The notes beneath the pieces were generated by a model. It was not told the DNA's origin, made no database searches, and saw nothing but the letters and a program-made list of their open reading frames with translations. A program made the position numbers and the translations under genes. DNA of 64,000 nt from Eledone cirrhosa (lineage: Eukaryota), in NCBI GenBank assembly GCA_964016885.1, contig OZ024740.1, forward strand, positions 272,862,001-272,926,000, written 5' to 3'. Positions 42,181-55,119 of the stretch are shown here, piece after piece (positions within the stretch are counted from its first letter, which is position 1; each line of letters begins with the position of its first letter).

Positions 42181-42282
42181 AATAATGAGGTTATAAACTC
42201 ATGCACGTTCACACACACACGCACACATATATATGTACAAATATATACATCCATCTCCCTCTCTCTCTCTCTATATATATAT

Positions 42283-42825
42283 ATTGTTATACTTGGGGAG
42301 GGTCATATTTGTGTAATATTGCCAGAATTAATAACAGAACACACTCACTGTTTGGTTGGTTTTCGCTTTTCGCTTCTGTGTCTTTTATATCGGTTAATTT
42401 AATTTATTCGGTCCTCAATGTTGCCATTGACTGACCAACGGTAAAAAATACAGATACAATATAGACACAAACACATATATATAGTCTATCAAAGTTCTGT
42501 CGTTGCACATCTGCAACAACGTCAGTGGTGCTATTGTTTCCTCCCGTTGCATTGTATTTTCTACGCCATCTTTATTTAGTCTGTTTATATATTTATTTAT
42601 TTGTTTATTTTTTTGTCTTCTTTGCGCATGCGTTTGCGTGTGTGTATAGTGTTTTGTTTGATGTGTGTTCGTGATTGGGTGACTGTATATTGGTTAATGT
42701 ATTCTATCTTTACAAGTGTGTGTGTTCTGTTATTAATTCTGGCAATATTACACAAATATGACCCTCCCCAAGTATAATAATATTTGTTTCGACACACGAT
42801 TTCATATAAAAAACCTCGCAAAACT
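42283..42825. mobile_element. PLE pLTR family P2 (inverted relative to 22320-22742) plus an inverted partial copy (42716-42825)
   Basis: 42283-42343 is the reverse complement of ~42720-42780. A mutated hammerhead lies on the minus strand at ~42488-42530. Confidence 0.75.
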
Positions 42826-42912
42826 ATATATATATATACATATATATAAGTATGAGTATGTATACGTACATATATGTATACAGACGTACAGTAATATGCA
42901 TATACATACATG

Positions 42913-42972
<60 letters not shown>

Positions 42973-42975
<3 letters not shown>

Positions 42976-43271
42976 GTATGGGTTTACCGAACATTTATTA
43001 TAATGTTCGGTCTGTTTGTAAAGAAACAGCCCAAATTAAGCCGTACAGTGTTCGGCAACCATCGTGGCTCTTTTGTTTAAACGTTCAATCGATTGACAGG
43101 AAGGTATACGGTGTTGATGACAGCTAAGAAGCTAGAAACTAGTTCATCGTTCCTTTGTCAGTGTTGAACAAAAGGGCCACGATGGTTGCCGAACACCGTA
43201 CAGCTTAATTCGGGCTGTTTGTTTACAAACAAACCGAACATTATAATAAATGTTCGGTAAACCCATACGTA
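42973..43271. mobile_element. ~300-bp palindromic MITE/foldback-like element
   Basis: TA-CGTATGGGTTTACCGAAC...GTTCGGTAAACCCATACG-TA, with ~125-bp imperfect arms, flanked by (TA)n and (TATG)n. Confidence 0.75.
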
Positions 43272-43272
43272 C

Positions 43273-43305
<33 letters not shown>

Positions 43306-43342
43306 TGTATGTATGTATGTATGTATGTATGTATGTATGTTT

Positions 43343-43952
43343 ATGTCAGGTCACCAGTTGGTGCTACTGGTAACATGTATCCCAGTACAACCTGTCCCAT
43401 GGTCGGGTCGTTGGCGACTAAACTGGCAACCCCACCAAGGTTTCTTGGTGAGGAGGGTGACTTTGGACATCCTGCAGGACTAAAAACAAAACCTGTCAAA
43501 GGGCAAAGGAGCTCTTAAGAGTCAATGGCCATCCAAAATCACCGGGAGAGATGACCCCTTAGCCTTTGTCAAGGCAGAATTCTAGGAGAAGGAAAACTCT
43601 GATATAACACCTGCAACCCTGATGGTATCCAATGATGTTGACTTGTTCTTCTTTTTGGTAAATATCATCTTGGTTAAGAGAGTGGGACTGGCTTTGTGCA
43701 GTGCCTTTGCTCACTATAAAAGCTTCACGGCACAGGCATTGCTTTATATCTGGAGATCTCTCTGCACTTGTCGTCACATGGTACCATGGGCCCAGCACTA
43801 TGTGTCAGTAATTGTCACAAGTGTAGTGTTTGTACCAGAGTTTTCAAGTCGCTGGCTGGACTAAAAAGTCACACTCGTTCAGCGCATCGGTAGGGGTTCT
43901 CCTACATGGATATAAAGTAGTGGCCGTACTCGAAGACGAGTTGGCAGCCACC
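43343..43952 (+). mobile_element. Non-coding (ATGT)n-tailed element, probably a non-autonomous non-LTR retroelement
   Basis: Shares blocks with 52727-53073 (CCTAGCCTTTGTCA, CTAGGAGAAGG, CTTCAC..GCACAGGCATTG) and the same end CTCGA..ACGAG..GGCAGCCA(C/T)C(ATGT)n. Confidence 0.6.
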
Positions 43953-44100
43953 ATGTATGTATGTATACTACTGTACGTCCGTATACATATATGTATGTAC
44001 GTATACATACTCATACTTATATTTAAGTATCAGCCGTACTAACAGTGAGAAAGGAAATTTCAATTTCAAATGTTTCCATTTATATATATATATATATATA

Positions 44101-44249
44101 TATATGTATAACTCTCTCTATTGACACATACACATATATGCACTCACTCATATATACTTATATATATATATATATATAGATATATATATGTATATATATA
44201 AGTATATATGAGTGAGTGCATATATGTGTATGTGTCAATAGAGAGAGTT

Positions 44250-44258
<9 letters not shown>
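44101..44258. repeat. Perfect inverted repeat around a TA-rich centre
   Basis: GTATAACTCTCTCTATTGACAC..CACTCACTCATATATACTTA and its exact reverse complement. Confidence 0.9.
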
Positions 44259-44299
<41 letters not shown>

Positions 44300-44512
44300 C
44301 GTTTCTGAATTTGTTTAGCAAGATTCTTTATCTGAAATCGTGTGTTGAAACCGATATTGTTATACTTTGGGAGGGTCATGTTGCCAATAAGAAACACACG
44401 CACCAGTTGCTTTCACTTCAATTTAATTTATTAAATATTTATAAATTTACAAATTTATAAATTTCTGGTTGGTTGGTTGGTTCCACAACCAGATAGTTGT
44501 TTATATATATAT

Positions 44513-44557
44513 AGTCATAGTTCTTTCGTCACACACTCTGTGACCTCTTCAGTGACT
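44513..44557 (-). ncRNA. Minimal Type I hammerhead ribozyme
   Basis: Exact reverse complement of 44667-44711. Confidence 0.72.
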
Positions 44558-44666
44558 GGGGATTTCGTTCTTCGTTTCTGTGTCTTTCCTTTCTTCTATC
44601 CTACGCCATTTTGTTTGTCGTAGGATAGAAGAAAGGAAAGACACAGAAACGAAGAACGAAATCCCC

Positions 44667-44711
44667 AGTCACTGAAGAGGTCACAGAGTGTGTGACGAAA
44701 GAACTATGACT
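44667..44711 (+). ncRNA. Minimal Type I hammerhead ribozyme
   Basis: AGUCA-CUGAAGA-G-GUCACA-gagug-UGUGAC-GAAAG-aa-CUA-UGACU. It has a 5-bp stem I, a CUGANGA core, a 6-bp stem II, a vestigial stem III and the triplet CUA. Confidence 0.75.
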
Positions 44712-45081
44712 ATATATATATAAACAACTATCTGATTGTGGAACCAACCAACCAACCAACCAGAAATTTATAAATTTGTAAATTTATAAATATTTAATAA
44801 ATTAAATTGAAGTGAAAGCAACTGGTGCGTGTGTTTCTTATTGGCAACATGACCCTCCCAAAGTATAACAATATATATATATATATATATATATAAATGG
44901 AAAAAATGAAATTGAAATTTCCTTTCTCACTCTTAGTACGGCTGATACTTAAATATAAGTATGAGTATGTATACGTACATACATATATGTATACAGACGT
45001 ACAGTAGCATACATACATACATACATACATACATACATACATACATACATACATACATACATACATACATACATACATACA

Positions 45082-45176
45082 TCTCTTCCTGTTGCTTCAA
45101 GCGAAAACCTAATATATTCCTTCCATATACCAACAACACAACTGTACCGATTGTGTTGTTATTTCTGTATACCTTT

Positions 45177-45232
<56 letters not shown>

Positions 45233-45327
45233 AAAGGTATACAGAAATAACAACACAATCGGTACAGTTGTGTTGTTGGTATATGGAAGGAATATATTAG
45301 GTTTTCGCTTGAAGCAACAGGAAGAGA
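45082..45327. repeat. Perfect inverted repeat (~100-bp arms) around (TA)n
   Basis: TCTCTTCCTGTTGCTTCAAGCG...CCTTTTACATAC (TA)n GTATGTAAAAGG...CGCTTGAAGCAACAGGAAGAGA. Confidence 0.92.
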
Positions 45328-45461
45328 GTCTTAAAGTATCGGACGCTAGACCTTCAGAAGAAAGAATGAGAAATATTATATATTATGAAGGGACGCGTGG
45401 GGTGGAATTTCAAAAAATGTCTAAAACAGGTCCATTCATGTTGACATCATATATATATGTA

Positions 45462-46839
45462 CGAGGTTTGTCCCATGAAATTACAAGTTATCTCCTTCAT
45501 AATACACTAATTGGGAAGTCCCACAATAGTTCCAACGTTTGTGTACTACGGGTTTTTGTGAGTCTCCTTATCACATCGGTTTCAATGATTTGTATATTTT
45601 CCACAGTCCCAAAATGATGCCTCTTCAATTTCGATTCCAAATTAGGGAAGAGGTAGAAATCACACTGAACTAGATAAGATTGTAGGGTGGATGGGGAAGA
45701 GTCGAAGCCTTTTACTTCTTCAGAAATTCTCTAAAAGTGCTGTGTGACAGCCGTTATCGAGGTACAGTACTCAATCTACTGCAATGCCTTTTCGGATTCG
45801 AAAGACACGTTTTCGAAGTCGCTTCAAGACTTTTTGTAGCATGTACGATTAACTGTCTATCTTAGATGTAAAAATTCTTTGTGGACAATACCACTGCTGT
45901 CTAAAAAATTATAATCATTGTTTTCATCGTGGTTTCATCGGATGAAGAGAATTTTTCATGTACCACTTCTACCTTTGTCGTTTTTCTCTGGATCTTATAC
46001 GAACGCCCATGATTCATCTACTGTCGGTGAATTGGCAGTATCGGTAGAGGGTCGGACATGCTTTCCAGCATAGTTACGTCTCTTTATGATCTGAGTTCAA
46101 ATCCGGCCGCTGTTAACTTTGCCTTTCATCCTTACGGGGTCGATAAAATGAAGTACCAGTAATGTACTGGGTAATTGCTGGCCTTGTGCCTAAAGTAGAA
46201 AAAAATTACTTTATGGTATAGATTTGGTTGAATTTCGAATCTTTATAGCAAATCCTGACAAATATCCAGCCGAATCGCCTTTTGTGCCACAGTCCTGTGT
46301 TTGGGCACTAGCTTTGTACATATTTTTCGTGTGCAAATGGTCTGAGATAATTGTGTACACTGCATTTTTATGCAGCTCAGTTTCTTTTGTAATCATTCTA
46401 GCATTTAATCGACGATATTTTGCATCACCACTCACACCATTTCAAGTTTTGTTTCATTTGTTAACGTGATTTGCTTTCCAGAACGTGGTCTCTCTTCAAA
46501 ATTGACATGTCCCCTCTGAAATCTTTGTGCTACTTCTCAATAGAGTGGAATTTTCATAAGCTTCCTTTGAAGACTTAAATATTTCGGTAGCAAATTTGTT
46601 GAGTTTTATAAACGATTTGATCTCGTAACATTGTTCAATAATCCCCTGCATCGCAACCATAACAGAGGTTGTAAACACGTCTGTACATAAACAGCAATAA
46701 ATAACTCACGACTGACAATCGATCAAGGGGAAATAAGTATGTACGTATAGCCAACGTGATACGCAACACAACAAAGAGGCGCTGCCTTACCATGTCGTAC
46801 ATAGGAAAACCACTACCATTACTTTTGGGACAAACATCG
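45462..46839 (-). mobile_element. Near full-length decayed mariner transposon with TA target-site duplications, interrupted by a SINE
   Basis: Ends TA-CGAGGTTTGTCCCA and TGGGACAAACATCG-TA. Peptide remnants are EQCYEIKSFIKLNKFATEIF..KEAY, RRLNARMI..E and VDESW...DPE.K. Confidence 0.88.
46025..46208 (+). mobile_element. SINE family A (short form) nested in the mariner
   Basis: Near-consensus copy that interrupts the transposase next to the DESW motif. Confidence 0.92.
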
Positions 46840-47011
46840 TAAACGTAAATAGATAAACATATGTATATATATCTATATCTATACATACACACACATACAT
46901 ATATATATACATATATATATATACAGACAAACATTATATAGATATAATGATAGTGAATAAAATCAAAGTTGCAACTAATGCAGAACCTCTCGAAAGAGCA
47001 ATCCTCAGAAA

Positions 47012-47388
47012 CTTGTTCTGATTTAGGCACAAGCCTAAATCTTAGGGGAAGGGAAAGTCAATTAAATTGACCCTAATCCATTACTTGTACATTATTTTAT
47101 CGACCCCATTAGGATGAAACGCAAAGCTGACCTTGGCGGGATTTAAACTCATAACGGAAAGGACCATAACTCTACACAGCATATCTTTGTTAAAAATATA
47201 GGTGGAATGGCAGTATCGGTAGAAAGTCGGAGACCATGCTTTGCAGCAAAGAGTTACGGCCCTTTATGGCTTGAGTTCAAATCCCGCCGAGGTTAGCTTT
47301 GCCTTTCATCCTTACGTGGTCGATAAAATAAAGTAGCAGTAATACACTGAGATAATTGCTGGCCTTGTGCCAAACGTAGAAACAATTA
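47012..47388. mobile_element. Oppositely oriented adjacent SINE family A pair (47012-47175 minus; 47201-47388 plus)
   Basis: Family motifs on opposite strands ~25 bp apart. Confidence 0.88.
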
Positions 47389-47649
47389 TCTCTGTTAAAA
47401 AATATGCCCAATACCTTCTAGTATCTGTTTAAAAGTAACGAGCAGTTTGGTAATTAAAATGAAAGTAAAAACATGCTGTCTGGCCTCCTATGTCAAGAGG
47501 CCTACGTAAAGATTGACTAAGTTGGATATCATTATCACTAGTGTGCATGAAAAAGAAAAATGTAATTATTCATATGATTAAATCTTTGTTTGTTTCTTGA
47601 TTTCTCATTTAATTCATTTGCTATTTATATTTTTAATTTATAAAGCCGT

Positions 47650-48200
<551 letters not shown>

Positions 48201-48439
48201 TACTTTGAAAATGATACATCTACTTGGTTAGAATTAATTCCTGTTCAGCGCAGTTATTGATGCAGAGAGATCCAGTAAAGGAGGGGGGTAGCTGTACCTA
48301 TTGTATCGTTATAACTAGTGGGAGGCACTGGTAAATAAAAGAGTGGTGGTGGTAGTCATTTGATAGAGAAAGTGTGTGGGGCAGAGGAAGGTAGAACGGG
48401 GCAGTAAGTGAGGATGTGTATTAATATGTATGTATTTAT

Positions 48440-48456
48440 ACACACACACATACACA

Positions 48457-48502
<46 letters not shown>

Positions 48503-48645
48503 ATATATATATATATAATATATATATATATATATACATACATATCTATTTAGCTATCTATTAGTGGGAAATAAAGAAATATATATATAAGTGTGTATAT
48601 ATATATATATAAATATACACACTATATATATATATATTTATGCAT

Positions 48646-48703
<58 letters not shown>

Positions 48704-48717
48704 GCCTACATATATAT

Positions 48718-48787
<70 letters not shown>

Positions 48788-48834
48788 CTATTTATCTATC
48801 TATATGTGGTAAAGAAAGAAATCTATCTATATAA

Positions 48835-48888
<54 letters not shown>

Positions 48889-48896
48889 TACACACA

Positions 48897-48927
<31 letters not shown>

Positions 48928-48960
48928 TTTTTGCATACAAATATATATATATATATATAT
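48440..48960. repeat. (CA)n/(TA)n compound microsatellite region
   Basis: Visible directly. Confidence 0.92.
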
Positions 48961-49511
48961 AAAAATATACTTGTGTATATACGTGAGTATAAAATTAAAG
49001 CGCACACGTGTGTTTGTGGGGAGGGAGAGATTTGGGAGGAGTAGGATGATGAGGAGGTAGATGGGGTTGGAAGGGGAGTGTGGCTGGAAATGTGTGTCAA
49101 GAGAATAGAGGAGAAAAGAAACAAAGAAAAGATAAGAGGCGAGAGAAGAAGTGAAAGAGAAGCAGTAGAGATGAAAGGAGAAATACAGTATTATAGCTTT
49201 CAGAAGAGTACTATAGATTATTGTAGATTTTTAGGTGGTAAATGTACAGCACTCGAGTGGTGCAGATAGCCAATCCTGTGTTGTGCACTCATGCATGTAC
49301 AAGGACCTCTGTGTAAATTTCGCAAGTAGCTGAGTAAGATTATCTGTGTCTATAGTGAATGTATCTATGTATGTGTAAGTATCTATGTATATTATAAGTT
49401 TTGGAAGAAAAAGTAGATGCCATTGGCAGGTATTGCTATACTTACCTACGCTCATATACATATACTCACACACAATTGATAATTGCATAAATATATATGT
49501 ATATATACATG

Positions 49512-49585
<74 letters not shown>

Positions 49586-49587
<2 letters not shown>

Positions 49588-49750
49588 AACGTTTCGACGG
49601 CTAATTCTGGACTAGTCCAGAATTAGCCGTCGAAACGGCTTGAGCTCAGCCGTCGGGGTCCTACTCGTTCCTATTACCCACTCTACTACCCTAAGTATTG
49701 AGTACTTTGGTGCGTTATGGTCCACCTCGTTCCTTACCACATTTCCTTCG

Positions 49751-49811
<61 letters not shown>

Positions 49812-49863
49812 AACAAGTAGGACCCCGACGGCTGAGCTGAAGCCGTTTCGAAGGCTAATTCTG
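49586..49863. mobile_element. Family P1 copy with a perfect 48-bp palindrome (49590-49637) and an inverted partial copy beyond (TA)n
   Basis: CGTTTCGACGGCTAATTCTGGACT|AGTCCAGAATTAGCCGTCGAAACG. The body runs to 49752, then (TA)n, then an inverted segment at 49808-49863. Confidence 0.8.
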
Positions 49864-49900
49864 TATATATATATGTATATATATATATGTATATATATTT

Positions 49901-49931
<31 letters not shown>

Positions 49932-50550
49932 ATATATTAACAAATGGAAACTATATTTATAAAACCATAATATATATATATACATATGCATATATGTATA
50001 TATGTATATAAATATATATATATATATACATATACTGTGTATATATATACAGTATATATATTTATATACATGTATATATTTATATATATATTAATATGCC
50101 ATCATGTTTAATATATATATATATGGCTTCTACATGACTAGAACTGTTTCATTCAAAATAAATATTTAGTAAAGCCCCGATTGAACACGGGACCCTCTCT
50201 CTCTCTCACATACACACACACACGCATACACAGTCACACACACATACGCGCATGCATACACACACACACATACACACACACTCACACACACACATATATA
50301 ATATATATATATATATCTTCTGCGGGAATCTCGGCCTAACCATTTTTACTTACAAATATTCTGTCTCCCTCGAGGCGACGTTATATAGAGCAATTATAAC
50401 GGGGATAGTTAATATAATAAAACAAGATTGAAATAACACTTTTGCAAAAACTCCTTTTGCAAATAAATGTTTAGATAAAACGGAAACGAGTATTAATTAT
50501 AGTCATACCACCACTTACACCGCCCATATGTATGTATGTATGTATGTATG

Positions 50551-52097
50551 TTCTTCTGGTTTTATAATTTCACAAAGTTTTACCAATAAAGAGAGAGAGT
50601 CGGTTTCTAATATAGACACAATACTCTCTCATTGGAATTTACACAATATCAACTAGGTAGATATGTATGTATGCATGCATGCATGTGTAGATATGGTTGT
50701 TATTGTATGTGTGGATGTGTATGTTTTGAGTTGTATGTGTGCATGTGTAAATGCTTTCTATCTGTACATATTTTTACTGTTCCATTAATGGATTGTACTT
50801 GTAATTTCCTAACTAGTTGTATTCTTTCTGTTCCTGTGAAGCCTAGCTGCTCAAGATTTGTATTGAGGCAGTTACTAGCATACCCCAGTGCCCCAATAAT
50901 TACAAGCATAAATCTGAAGGTATAATCAGGGTGGAGTATCTGCAGATTACTCATCAGTTCTGCATAAATATTCTCCTTTTCACTAATCTTTGATATTATA
51001 TTGGCATCTGCTGGGTAGCTAATTTCCACTACTGTGCATGTTTTCTTATCCCTGACCCATATCATAATATCTGGTCTGTTATGCCTGCATTTTATTAGGG
51101 TTTTTACTGAAACATTCCACCAGTACTCTTTCATATTATGTACATGGATGTCTTCCACATTGTTGTAGCTTTTAATGTGTTTATTATCGGGGCTATCTTT
51201 TTTTACGAACTGCATCGTACAGTGTTTTGGCCAGTACATCATGCCTCATAGGTATATAATACTGCGATGAAATCTTTGGACAGCTGCTGATGACATGGGT
51301 GATATCCTCGATGTTAGTTCGGCAGAGTCTGCACTTGTTATCACATCTAGGTGTTTTGCCTGCATCCCTATCTCTTTTGTGAATAAGGTATTTCGTGCTA
51401 ATCTCCTGTTCTTGGATTGCAAAAGCGTATCTTTCAAAGTGGGAGCCAATATAGCGGTTGTTGGTCCAAGATAGACTACTTTCCTTATCTATATTACTCT
51501 TACTCTGGAGCTTCCTGGCAACATATCCATGCATGATTTTTTGCTGATAGGCATGCAGTTTTTCGTCCACGGATTCACTGCGATACTGCTGAGCGACATC
51601 CCCGGGTGTGAGTTTTTGATTATCACACAGGAATATCTCTCGAGGAGTTCCTTCCCAACTCTCATGATCTTATCTGTTTCATGCAGATAGACTTGCTCGA
51701 GAAACGGGATCCTACGCTTCGAGACTCGTAGATGTTGTCGGAGAGATATGATGCGACATTCAAATGTTGTCTGGACTGATGTTAGGCTTCTGCCTCCCTG
51801 CTTACGTTTCAAGTAAAGGCGGTCTATGTCACTGGTGATGTGGAAGTTTCTGGTGTTGTTCAGTACTTTTCGAGTTCCAACATCAACGTTGGTGTTAGGA
51901 CAGGCACAGCAAACACATTGTGAGCCACTGTTTTGTTTTGCGCAGAGAGTTCCGATGACCAGATCTTTCTTAATCGGGTGTAGTATTCCCTGGTTACGCG
52001 TTCTTTATTACAGATACCATTATAGGATATGTTCTCATCTATCCCCAGGTATCTGTAGCAGTCCTCATCAGATATCGGTTAAACAGTTAGAACATTG
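50551..52097 (-). mobile_element. 5'-truncated R4/Dong-type LINE (RT C-terminus, CCHC knuckle, restriction-like endonuclease, 3' UTR)
   Basis: YLGIDEN; DRLYLKRKQGGRSL; AIQEQEI; CRLC...EDITHVISSC...YYIPMRHD; HNRPDIMIW..KKTC.VVEISYP; K...YAEL; VIIGALG. Both ends lie in (TATG)n. Confidence 0.9.
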
Positions 52098-52152
52098 ATG
52101 TATGTATGTATGTATGTATGTATGTATGTATATATGTATGTATGTATGTATG

Positions 52153-52606
52153 TTCTACTGGTTTTATAATTTCACAAATTTTTTCCCAATAAAGAGAGAG
52201 TCGGTTTCTAACATAGACACAAGACTCTCTCATTGAAATTTACACAACATCAACTAGGTAGATATGTATGCATGCATGTGTAGATATGGATGTTATTGTA
52301 TGTGTGGATGTGTATGTTTTGAGTTGTATATGTGCATGTATATATGCTTTGTATCTGTACAAGTGTATATGCAGTTATTAGATGCAACATTTTTGGAATG
52401 TGTTACATATCTTTACTGTTCCATTAACGGATTGTACTTGTAATTTCCTAACTAATTTTGTTCTTTCTTTTCCTGTGAAGTCTAGCTTCTCAAGATTTGT
52501 ATTGAGGCAGTTACTAACATATCCCAGTGCTCCAATAATCACAGGCATAAATCTGAAGGTGTAATCAGGGTGGAGTATCTGCAGATTACTCATCAGTTCT
52601 GCATAA
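52153..52606 (-). mobile_element. Second, shorter 5'-truncated copy of the same R4/Dong-type LINE
   Basis: Same 3' UTR and terminus, YAELMSNLQILHPDYTFRFMPVIIGALG, and (TATG)n on both sides. Confidence 0.9.
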
Positions 52607-52612
52607 TGTATG

Positions 52613-52646
<34 letters not shown>

Positions 52647-52726
52647 CATGCATATACATGTATGCATGTGTATATATGTGCATATGTATATATGAATATA
52701 CATGTATACATGTGTATGTATATGCG

Positions 52727-53073
52727 CGGGGACATAGAAATAGTCGGGCTGGATACCCAATCGCACGATTAAACCACTGGGAGTGAAGGACCCCTAGCCT
52801 TTGTCAGGTAATTCTTCTAGGAGAAGGCAACTAAAAAAACTGGGATAACTCTGGCATAAAACCTGTGGCTCAGTAGTTACCGATGATGTTGATCTTTTCT
52901 TCTTTTTGGGTTATAGCTACTGTTGCTCAGAGAGTGGGGTTGGCTCAGTGCACGGTCTTTCCTCACTTTAAAAAAAATCTTCACGCACAGGCATTGTATG
53001 ATAGCATTAATTGATAATTATTAATAATGTTATATCGTGCAATGCCCTACTCGATAACGAGGGGGCAGCCATC
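52727..53073 (+). mobile_element. Diverged relative of the 43343-43952 (ATGT)n-tailed element
   Basis: Shared blocks and the same type of terminus before (ATGT)n. Confidence 0.6.
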
Positions 53074-53139
53074 ATGTATGTATGTACGTATGTATGTATG
53101 TATGTATGTATGTATGTATGTATGTATGTATGTATGTGC

Positions 53140-53208
<69 letters not shown>

Positions 53209-54319
53209 AATATATATATATATATGGATATATATGTATACATGATAATATGATGTAGATATATATATATATATATATACATACCTCATTAATAAATTAA
53301 TAACACCTTGTTTTAAATAAGAACAACAAACATTAACTGAATAGAGGTCGCAATATATGAAGTAGTGCCAAATGTTTATCATTTATCATTTATCATTTAT
53401 AAATCTCTAGGAGCGATTTGAAACTTTCGCTGAGAGACGCCATCCAAAGTTAATTCGATAAGGTTTTTTTGATGAAATATTCAAGTCTTATCACGAGGGC
53501 GAACACCACAGACCGATCTGATTCCACAGAGCCCGATCATCGTAATACCCCACAACAGACGTTCTAACAATTCTTCAAATCCATCATTCAGAAACGGTGC
53601 ATCTTATATATGTAGTAGACTAGGACACATGGCATTTAATTCAATGCCCTAACAGCTCTCTTAGTCTTTCTCTCTCGCCCTCTCTCACTCTCTCTCTCTC
53701 TCTCTGTTTCTATCCCCTCCTCATCTTTCTCTTTCTCTCTCTGTCTATCTTCCGATATCTCCCATAAAACCCTGGGTGACAGTCTGTCTAGGAGAAGGGT
53801 CACTCTGATTTCAAAATCTCTGTAGATGGGACTCCTTGATCCTAATTATCGTAACACATCTGTGCACGGGAACTCAGAAATCCTCCTGGTGGAGTGATGG
53901 ACTCTGAGCTGTTGTTACGGCATTCTTCAACGTGAGGGAAACTCTGAAGTGAAACCTGCAGTTTACGTGATTACTGGTCATCTTTTTAAAGCTTGTCATC
54001 AGAAAATAACCGCTGAGACTTAGAGAGTGACACTCGTGTTGTACAAGCATTTGTCACTATACTCCATGATGTACAGATCTCTTTTTTTTTTACCATCTTC
54101 TCATCTGTTATTCTATCTCTCCATCCGATCGAGGTAGGGACTTTGGATTCTTGGCACTATATTATAAATTTCATATCTTACAAGATGAATCTCATTCAAT
54201 ACTCCCCAAGCCCTAATGTAACTCTGCTGCAATTCATTCATGTGTATAATGATTTATGATTTTTACTATTTCAATTATTTGTTATTCTAAAACAATATTT
54301 AATATTTAGTGCTGAGGGA

Positions 54320-54765
54320 AATGGATTGGTAGTATCGGTAGAGTGTCAGACAATATGCTTTGCGGGATATAGTTCCGGTTATTTACGTCTTGAGTTCAAA
54401 TACCACTGAGGTTACATTCATCTTACATCCTTGTAGAGTCGTACCAGTAATGCACTGGGGTTGGTTTCATCAAATTGCCCCCCACCCCCGAAAAAAAATG
54501 TTGAACCTGTGCCTAAATCAGAAAGGATTTATTGAAATACGGGCAGGGGATTGCCAGAATGTATCAGTAGAGCACCGAACAATATGTTCTGTGGAAAATA
54601 ATTACTCCGTTTTACGTCCTAAGTTCAAATCTCACCGAGATGAGCTTTGTCTTTTATTCTTACGGCGGTCGAAAAAAATAAGTACAAGAAATGCACTGGG
54701 ATCTATTTAATCGAAGTTCTTCTTAACTTTGCATTGTTTCCCATGTGCCAAAAGTAGAAACAATT
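54320..54765 (+). mobile_element. Two old tandem SINE family A copies
   Basis: A/B boxes and tail motifs at ~54320-54530 and 54545-54765. Confidence 0.8.
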
Positions 54766-55119
54766 ACTCATTGTTCTGATGTATGTTGTTTTCGTTTCTT
54801 TTTAGGTTTTTCCTAATATATACCAATTTAACTTTGACTGTACATATATCTTCATTCAAGTTGACCACTACACTTATCATTCTTACCAGTGTCGGCGAGA
54901 AAATCATGCACATTGTCCCTTTATCTTGATTCAAGCATAAAAAACAAGTTTGTCACGTTCTCACTGAAATTATGTTTATAATATTTACCAGATTTTTTTT
55001 CCTAGTTTTCTTATAAACATGCATTCGTGAACAATAGCCACATTGGATATTTGATTTCAAATAGAGGACGAAATGGCTAATCAGTGGTTTACTGTATTTT
55101 TAATGGAGTAAGAGAAAGG

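Larger units (their letters stand above)
44354..44874. mobile_element. Near-perfect ~250-bp-arm palindrome made from a P2-related PLE pLTR
   Basis: Arms at 44354-44605 and 44619-44874 with a 13-nt loop. They differ by one substitution and one AACC unit. Confidence 0.9.

Noticed and set aside
43420-43462. HDV-like ribozyme suggested by minus-strand CCCTCCTC..GGGGTTGCC
   Set aside because: No convincing P1 partner or P2/P4 could be identified by eye.
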